Shown here piece after piece: positions 41,634-50,798 of a DNA stretch of 64,000 nucleotides (its first letter is position 1; each line of letters starts with the position of its first letter). The notes below the pieces were generated by a model. It did no database searches. It saw only the letters and a program-made list of their open reading frames with translations, and was not told where the DNA came from. Made by a program: the position numbers and the translations under genes. Source of the stretch: an uncultured Pseudomonadales bacterium (lineage in GTDB: Bacteria > Patescibacteriota > Microgenomatia > UBA1400 > MFAQ01); NCBI GenBank assembly GCA_964487665.1, contig CAZARR010000005.1, positions 100 through 64,099 of the forward strand, given 5' to 3'.

Positions 41634-42638
41634 ATGGCTGATTTTTTTGCTCTGGATATTGGCAGCACAATTATCAAAGTCGTTGCTTTGAAGGGAAAAA
41701 GGGTTCGGGATATTGGGATGGTACCCAATCCCCTGGGGGTTGTCGGTTGGCAAGTGGGGGCTGAACAAAGGCAGGTGTTGGTAACCGCGATTAAAAGCTT
41801 ACTCAGTAGCCTGCGAATAAAGACGAAAAAAGTGGTTGTTGGTGTTCCGGAGTCCTTGGTATATAGCAAAATAATGTCTTTTCCGGTAATTTCGACAGCC
41901 GAATTGGCATCAGCAATTAGATGGCAGGCCGACCAAGATATTCCGTTGGCTCACGATAAGATGGAATTGTCTTGGGCAATTATTGATAAGCCGGTCAGGA
42001 GGAGTGGAGATGAAAAAATGGATGTGGCGGTGGTCGCCGTGTCAAAGGAAACATCTCAAGGATTGGTAGGTTTGATGGATCTTTGTGGTCTTGAGCCTCT
42101 AAGAGCCGAAAATGACGGAGTAGCTTTGGTACGGTGGGCAAACAGTACGGGAATTGGTGGAAATGTCTTGGTTCTTGATGTCGGTGCTAGTTCAACAAAG
42201 ATGGTATATCTGTCAAATTCAAAAGTACGATTTATTTACCAATACCCAGTGGCTGGATTGGCTTTGACTAGAGCGATAATGCAGGAGTTCGGTTTAAATA
42301 TGTTACAGGCAGAGCAATATAAAGGTGTCTATGGTCTTGACTCTAACCAACTTGAGGGCAGGTTGGCAAAGGCAATGGATCCAGTGCTGAGCACATTGTT
42401 ACTCGAGATTTCAAAAATTATTGCTACATTTGGTGCGGATACAAAGACAGCCATAGAGAGGGTGGTGGTGGTGGGTGGTTCGGGATATACAAAATCAATA
42501 CTTCCTAAATTTTCAGAAAAAATTGGTTTGGAGGTGGTGGTTGCTGATGTGTTCGCCGGATATGAGTTGGACAGTCAGATCGCAAACTATTCCTTGGGTT
42601 TTGCTGTTGCTTTGGGGTTGGCAATTGATGAACGATAA
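41634..42638 (+). CDS. pilM: Type IV pilus assembly protein PilM
   Basis: LDIGS..IK, LDVGASST, VGG, ALGLA actin-like motifs. Confidence 0.9.
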   Translation: MADFFALDIGSTIIKVVALKGKRVRDIGMVPNPLGVVGWQVGAEQRQVLVTAIKSLLSSLRIKTKKVVVGVPESLVYSKIMSFPVISTAELASAIRWQADQDIPLAHDKMELSWAIIDKPVRRSGDEKMDVAVVAVSKETSQGLVGLMDLCGLEPLRAENDGVALVRWANSTGIGGNVLVLDVGASSTKMVYLSNSKVRFIYQYPVAGLALTRAIMQEFGLNMLQAEQYKGVYGLDSNQLEGRLAKAMDPVLSTLLLEISKIIATFGADTKTAIERVVVVGGSGYTKSILPKFSEKIGLEVVVADVFAGYELDSQIANYSLGFAVALGLAIDER

Positions 42639-42641
42639 ACC

Positions 42642-43190
42642 ATGAAGATAAATTTACTATCTATAAAACCAGACCGTTTTGGTAAAGCTCAGAGAATACG
42701 AATTGCAAACAGGTGGTTAATCAAGGTTGTTCTGGTGTCATTGGCTACAACGTTTGTTGTTGTACTCGGTTTGTTGCTTTTTTATTCATACTCAGTACGA
42801 TCAAAGGAAGTCGAGTTAGCCAATTTGAAAAAAAGTTATGAAGGAAGAGTAGACGAGGTGGTGCGATATGTTGGTGTAAAAGTCATGGTCGCTCAGGTAG
42901 AAAAGATTATTGGTAGTCGCGGAAATTACCCTTCGTTGGTGCGGAATGCTTACAAGATCTTTCCTGAGAATGTATTGATCACACAAACTTCATTTGACCA
43001 GCTGGGTAATATAAAGATTTCTGGGAAAACTGATAGCGTGATTGGTTATCGGGATTTTCTAGATTTTTTCCGGACTGTATCGGCAAGAGATGATTTTATG
43101 TTTTCGAATGTAGTACAGGATGGACTTACCTATAGTGACGGCGGCCAGGTTGTGGTGAATATTAAAATGAGGTTGAAAGGAAAAAAATGA
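42642..43190 (+). CDS. PilN-like protein
   Basis: INLL N-terminal motif, TM, coiled coil. Confidence 0.75.
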   Translation: MKINLLSIKPDRFGKAQRIRIANRWLIKVVLVSLATTFVVVLGLLLFYSYSVRSKEVELANLKKSYEGRVDEVVRYVGVKVMVAQVEKIIGSRGNYPSLVRNAYKIFPENVLITQTSFDQLGNIKISGKTDSVIGYRDFLDFFRTVSARDDFMFSNVVQDGLTYSDGGQVVVNIKMRLKGKK

Positions 43191-43918
43191 AACCGGTGGA
43201 AGCAAAAGACAAAATAAGCGACGAGCTGCTAAAACAAACCACTCTTTTGTATCTGGCTGTGGTACTGTGTGTATTGGTGAGCTTTATGGTAATTTCCTCG
43301 AGAATAAACGTTCTTAAGAAAATGCGGGTACAGGTATCTAAATTGAATTCAGAGATTGCAGTTTTTAAAACAAGCCTAGAGACGCTAGATAAATTTGGAA
43401 GTACTGTGACTATTCAGGATCAGGATTTACTTGTTAGAGCTATACCAATAAAATTCGATCCCGGATCGGTACTAACAAATATTAGATCGATTAGCCAAAA
43501 AGCTGGGGTAAACATCACTGAATATTCCATGGGTGGGGGAAAACTGGATTCCGACCGAGGTGGAGTGGTAAAGGTTAAGTTAGATATTGTGGGAACAAGG
43601 GCCGGTCTACTTGATTTTATAGACAGGGTGGAGAACGCTTTACCGGTGGGAAACATTGTTGACTTACAAGTGTCAGAAGTAGCCAAGCTGGTTGGTCGAG
43701 GGGCGAGTAGCTCAGACAGTATGAGTTTGGGTCTGACAATAGAATACTCATACTTCCAAGTACCCAAGTTAGCAGATACTAACTTAAAAAATTATCTTTT
43801 ATCTGATCAAAATTTGGCCACGATCCAAACCATTCGGGGATTTGCATCCAATAGCCCGGAAATTACCAGAGGTGGAGTCGGGGTTCGGGGCGGAAATAGA
43901 AATTTGTTTGAAGATTAG
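43187..43918 (+). CDS. PilO-like protein
   Basis: TM, coiled coil, AIP, FIDRVEN; follows pilMN. Confidence 0.7.
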   Translation: MKPVEAKDKISDELLKQTTLLYLAVVLCVLVSFMVISSRINVLKKMRVQVSKLNSEIAVFKTSLETLDKFGSTVTIQDQDLLVRAIPIKFDPGSVLTNIRSISQKAGVNITEYSMGGGKLDSDRGGVVKVKLDIVGTRAGLLDFIDRVENALPVGNIVDLQVSEVAKLVGRGASSSDSMSLGLTIEYSYFQVPKLADTNLKNYLLSDQNLATIQTIRGFASNSPEITRGGVGVRGGNRNLFED

Positions 43919-44196
43919 GACTCCGGTTGTGTCTCTGTAGATGTCGTTTCGGGTGTGGACGAATTTTCGTCGACCAGATCTACACTAACCCGTGTACCAT
44001 TTTTTACAGCCATAATTCTAACAAGTTGGCGGATTGCTTTAATAACTTTTCCCTGTTTGCCGATAACACGGCCCATATCCTCTGGGTGTACCTTGATGCT
44101 GAGTATGATTCCGTCTGTTACCTGTTCTTCGCTAATTTGAACATCCTCAGGGTGGTTGACGATATGGGGAATAACGTACTCAAGAAGTTGTTTCAT
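43915..44196 (-). CDS. khpA: KH-domain RNA-binding protein KhpA
   Basis: DMGRVIGKQGKVIKAIR; follows rpsP. Confidence 0.92.
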   Translation of the reverse strand: MKQLLEYVIPHIVNHPEDVQISEEQVTDGIILSIKVHPEDMGRVIGKQGKVIKAIRQLVRIMAVKNGTRVSVDLVDENSSTPETTSTETQPES

Positions 44197-44426
44197 TTAA
44201 GTTTTTTAATTAGTTTGCTAATTGTAGGGGTCGGTAGTGCGCCTTTTTTGATCCACTCCTGGTAGAGCGAGAGATTGATATCTAGCTTGTTTTGGGGGTC
44301 GTGCGGATCATATGTGCCCAGAAGATCTATGTACTTTCCCTTAAGTTTAGAGCGAACTGGAGTAACGACTACACGGTATGATCTCTGGTTCTTTTTGCCT
44401 TTGGGGGTGAGTTTAATTTTTAGCAT
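44193..44426 (-). CDS. rpsP: 30S ribosomal protein S16
   Basis: MLKIKL..GKK..YRVVV..LGTYDP..GALPT. Confidence 0.95.
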   Translation of the reverse strand: MLKIKLTPKGKKNQRSYRVVVTPVRSKLKGKYIDLLGTYDPHDPQNKLDINLSLYQEWIKKGALPTPTISKLIKKLK

Positions 44427-44434
44427 AGTGGATA

Positions 44435-45121
44435 TTATAGCAACTCGAGGGCTTTTTTCGCAGCTTGTTGTTCCGCCTCCTGTTTGTTTCTTCCTGAGCC
44501 TTGAGCAATTTGTTTGTCGTTTATTACAACTGACACGGTAAATGTTTTGCTGTGGTCTGGACCAGTGGCGGAGATTTGCTGGTAAACGGGAGAGGCGTAT
44601 CCTTGTTTTTGAGCAACCTCTTGTAGCGAGCTTTTGCTATCCTTTATTGGTTGTTGCAAAATAATTTTATTTAGAGTGGGGATTACCTTTGCATGGATAA
44701 ATTCGGAGACTGCGCTATAACCACCATCTAAATATATTGACCCGATGATTGCCTCAGTCGAGTTAGCAAGTAGCGAAGGGTTGGTTCGTCCTCCAGTGGT
44801 TTCCTCCCCCCTACTCATAAAAAGGCAGTCTCCCAAATGTAAAGCCAAAGCGACCTGGGCTAATGACTGGGTTTTGACCATTGCCGATCGGGTGGTGGTC
44901 AAGACACCCTCTGGTTCTTTTGGTCGCGAAACAAATAGATAGTCAGAGATAACCAATTCGAGAACGGCGTCCCCTAAAAATTCTAGTCTTTCGTTGGAAT
45001 TACGGTTTTTGTGTTCGTTGAGGATCGATCGGTGGGATAGAGCTTCAACAAGAATTTCCAAGTTGGAATAGTGATACCCCAATGTTTGTTGGATAGATTC
45101 GAGTTGGTTCGAGTCGGTCAC
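44435..45121 (-). CDS. rnc: Ribonuclease III
   Basis: NERLEFLGDAVL plus dsRBD. Confidence 0.97.
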   Translation of the reverse strand: MTDSNQLESIQQTLGYHYSNLEILVEALSHRSILNEHKNRNSNERLEFLGDAVLELVISDYLFVSRPKEPEGVLTTTRSAMVKTQSLAQVALALHLGDCLFMSRGEETTGGRTNPSLLANSTEAIIGSIYLDGGYSAVSEFIHAKVIPTLNKIILQQPIKDSKSSLQEVAQKQGYASPVYQQISATGPDHSKTFTVSVVINDKQIAQGSGRNKQEAEQQAAKKALELL

Positions 45122-45127
45122 GGTTAT

Positions 45128-45487
45128 TTAGGGTCTGGTAATTTTTAGAGCGCCTGCTAATGCCCCATTAACAAAACTTCCACTACTACTGCCCCCATAG
45201 CGCTTGGCGATTTCAATGGCTTCGTCAATAATAACTTTTGTAGGGACCTTTTTTTTGAAGATAAGTTCGTAAATGGCTAATCGTAAAGCGGCTAAATCGC
45301 TGCGGTTAATTTGAATTAACGGCCATTCTGGGGCTGACTGGGTAATTATTTTATCAATCCTATTTTTGTGGGCTATAACTCTTTGAGCTAGTACAGAGTT
45401 GGGCTTATGTTCCAAAAATGAATAAGAAAAAAGACTTTTGAAGGCTCGTATTCTGCGGCGGTGACGGGGATCGGTGGCGCTCTTCAC
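45128..45487 (-). CDS. nusB: Transcription antitermination factor NusB
   Basis: LRLAIYEL, VIIDEAIEIAK, FVNG. Confidence 0.95.
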   Translation of the reverse strand: MKSATDPRHRRRIRAFKSLFSYSFLEHKPNSVLAQRVIAHKNRIDKIITQSAPEWPLIQINRSDLAALRLAIYELIFKKKVPTKVIIDEAIEIAKRYGGSSSGSFVNGALAGALKITRP

Positions 45488-45496
45488 AATATCTTG

Positions 45497-45649
45497 TTAT
45501 TCTTTGGAGCAATTGGGGCAGATGAAATGTGGTCGTTTTGGTTTGCCACAATTTTTACAGGTGACGGTTGGCAGGTTGGATAGTTTGATAGCTGCCCGTC
45601 TTTTACCCTGGCGTCGAGTGGAGTGTTTTCTTTTTGGTGTTGCGGCCAT
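45497..45649 (-). CDS. rpmF: 50S ribosomal protein L32 (not in the ORF track)
   Basis: Translated by hand: MAATPKRKHSTRRQGKRRAAIKLSNLPTVTCKNCGKPKRPHFICPNCSKE. Confidence 0.95.
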   Translation of the reverse strand: MAATPKRKHSTRRQGKRRAAIKLSNLPTVTCKNCGKPKRPHFICPNCSKE

Positions 45650-45659
45650 TGTGCATATT

Positions 45660-47585
45660 TTACCAGTCTTCTATTCCCTGGGCAATCCGATGTCCATGAG
45701 GTGATGAAAGTAGCCTTGAGGCTCTTTGTTTTGCTTCTAAAAAAAGTTTTCGGTCCCAAAAGTGACGTAGACGAAAACATGAGTGTCCGTGTTGACGTGT
45801 TCCGGCAATGTCCCCCGCCCCTCTAAGTTTCAAATCAATTTTTGCTAGTTTTAGGCCATTGTGATATTTTTGCAGAGTTTGAAGTCGCTCGTTTTCCAGT
45901 TGTGATTCTGTGCCTGCAATCAGAAAGAAGTAGCCACGGATAGAGTGTCGGGCCAAGCGTCCACGGAGTTGGTGGAGTTGGGCGAGACCAAATTGTTCTG
46001 CCTGATAGACAAACATAATGTCGGCATCGGGAATATCAATTCCTACTTCGATCAGAGAGGTCGATATGAGGATGCAATTTTTGAGAGATATAAAATTTTT
46101 AATCGTTTCTTGTTTTTGTTTATTTGGTTGTTCGCCGTGCAGACTCAATATGGGAAACAGAGAGCCAAACCTAGTTTGGTAGTAGTGTGAAATGGACTCG
46201 ACTGAGAATTTACCATCGTGAATTTTGGGGCAAACAACGAAAACTTTTTTACCTGCAAAAAGCATTTTTCTGAGCCAGGCGGAGCTACGGCTCTCATCTT
46301 TTTTACTAATCAAGTGGGTTGAAACCCTAGATTGTTTGCGGTGAGGCGCTTTGAGCGTGGTAATTTTTACATCGCCCAAAAGACCTAATGCCAGTGTCCG
46401 GGGTATTGGTGTGGCACTCATGTTTGTTACATGTGGTGCTGGGGAACGTTGGGCAAGTATTTCTTTATGATTCACTCCAAAACGGTGCTGTTCATCGATA
46501 AAAATACTAGATATTGGTGAAGTGAGTGACGCTGGTAGCTGATTAAGTAGCGAATGGGTACCAATGAACACACAAGGGTGTGAGGGTGCTTGAGCTAGTT
46601 TTGATTGTGAGGTAATTAACTTTATTTGGGTTGGAAAATAGCGATCAAAAGTTAAGAAGTGCTGTTGGGCAAGAATTGTGGTAGGAGCCATTAGGCAAAA
46701 CGACGTTCGATTGGTTAAACATTGAGCTGCACAAAACACAGCAATAACAGTTTTCCCAGAACCTGTTTCACCTTGAATTAGGCGGTGCTGTGGTCTTGAT
46801 TTTTCGAGGTCAGAATAAATTAGGTTTATAACTCTTTCTTGAGATTGTGTTAAGGTAAATGGAAGCTTGTTTTTAAGATTATTGTGAGTATTTGCGTCTA
46901 TATGTAGCTCAAGTGAGGAACCTAACTTGAGAGCTTCGATTTGGTTTTTCAAGTTTATTTTTAAGTGTTCAAAAGACGATAAATGGATATCTGCTAAATT
47001 TGATTTTGCGACACTTGGTGGAAAGTGGATGTATTGTAATGCACGGTGAATGTTTGACTGGGCAACTGGATAATAAAACTCATATTTCGAGAGTGTGTAT
47101 TTGATTATTTTTCGAAGCCACTTGGAAGTTATTCCTTCGGTTTGAGGATACACGGGAACCAGGCCTTGTGTGTGTAGCAACTCGGGACCGTATTCTTCTA
47201 TTTGCGGATTGATAAAGACGAGTTTTTTGTTAAAAAAACTAGTCTTTCCTGCCAAAGCATATTGTGTATCTGGGCGAATTAATTTTCTTTGATAGGGTGC
47301 GTTAAACCAAAGTATTGGTACGGTCCCAGATTTGTCGATGGCACGAAAATAGGTAATACCTTTCCCCTTTTGGGTAAATGTATTTCTCTCAAATTCGATT
47401 CGACAAATTAAAGATGAGAATCTATTTGGTTGAAGATTTGAAATATGGGATATTTTGCTGAAGTCAAGATATCTTGTTGGGTAATACTTGGCTAAGTCTT
47501 CTATTGTATGGATACCAAGTTTTGATAGAAGTTGTTGTTTTTGGGGTCCTACTCCGGGTATGTCAGTTACTGGGACGGAGTTCAT
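45660..47585 (-). CDS. recG: ATP-dependent DNA helicase RecG
   Basis: GETGSGKT, DEQHRFG, SATPIPRT, QLHQLRGR. Confidence 0.95.
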   Translation of the reverse strand: MNSVPVTDIPGVGPQKQQLLSKLGIHTIEDLAKYYPTRYLDFSKISHISNLQPNRFSSLICRIEFERNTFTQKGKGITYFRAIDKSGTVPILWFNAPYQRKLIRPDTQYALAGKTSFFNKKLVFINPQIEEYGPELLHTQGLVPVYPQTEGITSKWLRKIIKYTLSKYEFYYPVAQSNIHRALQYIHFPPSVAKSNLADIHLSSFEHLKINLKNQIEALKLGSSLELHIDANTHNNLKNKLPFTLTQSQERVINLIYSDLEKSRPQHRLIQGETGSGKTVIAVFCAAQCLTNRTSFCLMAPTTILAQQHFLTFDRYFPTQIKLITSQSKLAQAPSHPCVFIGTHSLLNQLPASLTSPISSIFIDEQHRFGVNHKEILAQRSPAPHVTNMSATPIPRTLALGLLGDVKITTLKAPHRKQSRVSTHLISKKDESRSSAWLRKMLFAGKKVFVVCPKIHDGKFSVESISHYYQTRFGSLFPILSLHGEQPNKQKQETIKNFISLKNCILISTSLIEVGIDIPDADIMFVYQAEQFGLAQLHQLRGRLARHSIRGYFFLIAGTESQLENERLQTLQKYHNGLKLAKIDLKLRGAGDIAGTRQHGHSCFRLRHFWDRKLFLEAKQRASRLLSSPHGHRIAQGIEDW

Positions 47586-47680
47586 TATCTAAAGAAAAGA
47601 GGCAGTATTGATGAAGCTACCAAAATCAATGAACCGATGAAAATAATGGCCGTCATGATTTTTCGTCTTCGTTTGGTCAT
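47585..47680 (-). CDS. 31-aa single-TM small protein (not in the ORF track)
   Basis: MTKRRRKIMTAIIFIGSLILVASSILPLFFR; TAATG overlap with the recG start. Confidence 0.6.
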   Translation of the reverse strand: MTKRRRKIMTAIIFIGSLILVASSILPLFFR

Positions 47681-47725
47681 GGGTTACTTGGACAAGATAT
47701 ATAATCTTGGTAAGATTATAAAACA

Positions 47726-50230
47726 GTGTATAGAACACGCCGAGGAAGTGTCAAATGGTTTTCGTGGTGGAGGCTGGCTAAGCTGTTGATTTTTCCGTTG
47801 GTTGGGAGTGTTGTTGTGGCTGGGGTTGCGTTTGCCTGGTATGCAAGAGACTTGCCTGACCCCAACTCTGTCCGTCGAAGGGATGGTTATTCCTCAGTAA
47901 TTTTTGATCGGAGTGGAAACGAAAGGCTGTATGACATTTATGTTGATGCAAACAGGAAGTTTACATCTCTTACGGATGTCCCAATGTACATGAGGCAAGC
48001 GACCATTGCGATCGAAGATAAGGATTTTTATAAACATCAAGGGTTTGATCCATTAACAATGTTGAGGATAGTGAAAAATATTGCAGTTAAGCACCGTCTG
48101 ATTGGCGGATCAACCCTGACCCAGCAGTTAGTAAAAAATGTTTTACTTACAAATGAACGGAAGTTAAGTCGAAAAATCCGGGAGTTCGTGTTGGCAGTTA
48201 GAATCGAAAAAAGGTTTGGTAAAGACGAGATATTACAAATGTATTTGAATGAGGCACCTTATGGTGGGACAACATGGGGAATTTCGTCCGCTGCACAGGT
48301 ATATTTCGGTAAAGATGTAAAGGACCTAGATTTGGTTGAAAGTATTATCTTGGCGGGTATGCCTCAGGCCCCAAGTAAATTTTCGCCATTTGGTCAATAT
48401 CCAAGGTCATTTGTAATGAGAGCAACAGATGTAGCCAGACGTATGCGCGAGGATGGATATATTACCAAAGAACAAGAAAATGAAGTATTGGCAGAGTTAC
48501 CAAAAATTGAATTTAGTAAGACGGGTAAGGGCATCAAGGCGCCCCACTTTGTAATGTATGTGAAAAATCAACTCGAGAGTATGTTTAGCGAGGAGTTGAT
48601 TTCTGGTGGTGGGCTTAGAGTAATTACTACTCTGGACTATGATCTACAGAAAGAAGCGGAAAAAATTGTTGGAGAAGAGATTGCAAAAGTTTCTACAAAG
48701 TTAGATATATCCAATGGAGCGGTAATTGTTATGGACACAAACACCGGTGAGTTGTTGTCAATGGTGGGGTCCAAGGATTATTATGACAAAAGTATTGATG
48801 GTGAGGTTAACGTTACCACCAGACAAAGGCAACCGGGATCGGCAATCAAACCATTGGTTTATGCGGTAGCCCTTTCAAAGGGATATTCCCCTGCTAGTGT
48901 TTTGGCAGATGTAAATACAAAATTCCCGGGTAAAGATGAGAATAATTTCTATGAGCCGAAAAATTATGACGGTAAAGAACATGGGTTGATTCATCTTCGC
49001 CAAGCACTGGCAAGTTCGATTAATATTCCTGCTGTTAAATTGACGGCATTGGTGGGTGTTGATTCTGTGTTAAGCCAAGGATATCGAATGGGGCTGAGCA
49101 CGTTGGCACCCACACAGGAGAACCAATCTCGTTTGGGACTTTCAATGGCGCTTGGAGGTGGGGAAGTAAAACTAATTGATATTGTTGGTGCGTATTCGGC
49201 TTTTGCTAATGGAGGTTACAAAGTTAGCCCATATGCGATTAGTCGGGTGGAAGATAAAGATGGAAAGGTGTTATACGAAAATAAGCAGCTCGAAAAAGCC
49301 AAAGTAATTGACGCAAGAATTGCATTTCTAATAAACTCTATTTTGTCAGATAACGATTCTAGATTACTAACTTTTTCGCCAAATTCGTATTTAAACTTGG
49401 GAAGTAGGCCGGTTGCTGTTAAAACAGGCACGACTAACGATATGCGAGATAATTGGACGATTGGTTGGTCAAAGGATATGTCAGTAGGGGTATGGGTGGG
49501 AAACAATGACAATAGGCCGATGAAGAATCTTGCGAGCGGTGTGTCTGGGGCAGCCCCTATTTGGCGAAGGATAATGCTAGAGGTGCTAACAAAACACCCT
49601 GATAAACCATTCTTTCAGCCAGATGCAATTAGTCAGTTAGAAGTGGATAAGGTTTCTGGTGCATTGGCTCATGATGGTTTTCCTAGCTATAAAGAGTTTT
49701 TTTTGAAGGAACTTGTACCACTGACTGAAGATAAAATACATTTGAAAATTAAGGTTTGTCGAAATGATCCGGATAAAGTGCCATCGCAGGAATTGGTTGA
49801 TCGTGGTGAGTATGATACTAGGGAAGCAGTTTTAATTAGGGAAACGGACCCAATTTCGGGCAAAGACCTGTGGCAACAAGCGATTGATAGGTGGGTAAGC
49901 GAGCAACCGGGGAATTTATTTAAGATTCCAAGCGAGGGCTGCGGTGCGAGTCAGACTGAGTTTCGTGCCGATTTTGACAGCCCCAAAGATGGAGAAAGAG
50001 TAAACGGCGAAGAGGTAAATGTTCGGTTGACGTTTAGTGATGTGGCAAAGGTAAGCTGGGCAGATTTGTATATAGATGGGATTGTAGAGCAAAGATTCGA
50101 AAAAGCTCCGTTTGAAAAAAGTTATAAGTTAACCACCGGTACACATGAATTGAAAGTTATTGCAAAGACGAGTGATGATAAGCAGGTAGAAAAGTCAATA
50201 AGATTTGGCTTCAATGCAGACGTAAATTAA
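47726..50230 (+). CDS. Class A penicillin-binding protein with C-terminal Ig-like domain
   Basis: EDKDFY.H.G, GGSTLTQQL, SAIK, SIN, KTGT. Confidence 0.95.
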   Translation: MYRTRRGSVKWFSWWRLAKLLIFPLVGSVVVAGVAFAWYARDLPDPNSVRRRDGYSSVIFDRSGNERLYDIYVDANRKFTSLTDVPMYMRQATIAIEDKDFYKHQGFDPLTMLRIVKNIAVKHRLIGGSTLTQQLVKNVLLTNERKLSRKIREFVLAVRIEKRFGKDEILQMYLNEAPYGGTTWGISSAAQVYFGKDVKDLDLVESIILAGMPQAPSKFSPFGQYPRSFVMRATDVARRMREDGYITKEQENEVLAELPKIEFSKTGKGIKAPHFVMYVKNQLESMFSEELISGGGLRVITTLDYDLQKEAEKIVGEEIAKVSTKLDISNGAVIVMDTNTGELLSMVGSKDYYDKSIDGEVNVTTRQRQPGSAIKPLVYAVALSKGYSPASVLADVNTKFPGKDENNFYEPKNYDGKEHGLIHLRQALASSINIPAVKLTALVGVDSVLSQGYRMGLSTLAPTQENQSRLGLSMALGGGEVKLIDIVGAYSAFANGGYKVSPYAISRVEDKDGKVLYENKQLEKAKVIDARIAFLINSILSDNDSRLLTFSPNSYLNLGSRPVAVKTGTTNDMRDNWTIGWSKDMSVGVWVGNNDNRPMKNLASGVSGAAPIWRRIMLEVLTKHPDKPFFQPDAISQLEVDKVSGALAHDGFPSYKEFFLKELVPLTEDKIHLKIKVCRNDPDKVPSQELVDRGEYDTREAVLIRETDPISGKDLWQQAIDRWVSEQPGNLFKIPSEGCGASQTEFRADFDSPKDGERVNGEEVNVRLTFSDVAKVSWADLYIDGIVEQRFEKAPFEKSYKLTTGTHELKVIAKTSDDKQVEKSIRFGFNADVN

Positions 50231-50798
50231 CCTGTTTTTTTAGTAAAAGCAAATACTCTTCGTTCGAGCTTTTTTGTCCAACAAGTGGCGATTTGGTTTG
50301 CGAAACGATTGACAAACCCAAAGATCGAATGTTTGACATGGTGTCTTCTAAAACTTGTGCCACCAGTTCAGGACGTAGTTGTCCTCGACATATTTGGTGT
50401 GGCTGAGCTTCGTAATGTGTTTTGACCAAAGTAATTATTATTCCTGATGGTTTTAGGTGCTTGATGGCGTTCGGAAGGATGTTTTTTTGTTTTGTCCATG
50501 AGACATCAATAGTGACGAGATCAACAGGGTTTGGGATTTGTACGTTCATTGCGTTTGTTCTTTCGTGAACTTCGACGCGCGGATCTTGACGTAGTTTCCA
50601 GGCCAGAACTCCATAGCCGGTTTCAACTGAGTAGACTTTACTTGCTCCATGTTGTAGCAGGCAATCTACAAAGCCTCCGATGTTACTACCAAAGTCAGCG
50701 CAAGTGTATCCTAATATATTTAGCTTAAAAAAAGAAATCGCATAATCAAGTTTGTACCCTGCTCTGCCGACAAAAGAAAGGTCAGAAATTTTGGTCAA
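50211..50798 (-). CDS. tlyA: TlyA-family rRNA methyltransferase (no S4 domain)
   Basis: FVGRAGYKL, DFGSNIGGF, DVS, NEEY. Confidence 0.85.
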   Translation of the reverse strand: MTKISDLSFVGRAGYKLDYAISFFKLNILGYTCADFGSNIGGFVDCLLQHGASKVYSVETGYGVLAWKLRQDPRVEVHERTNAMNVQIPNPVDLVTIDVSWTKQKNILPNAIKHLKPSGIIITLVKTHYEAQPHQICRGQLRPELVAQVLEDTMSNIRSLGLSIVSQTKSPLVGQKSSNEEYLLLLKKQVNLRLH

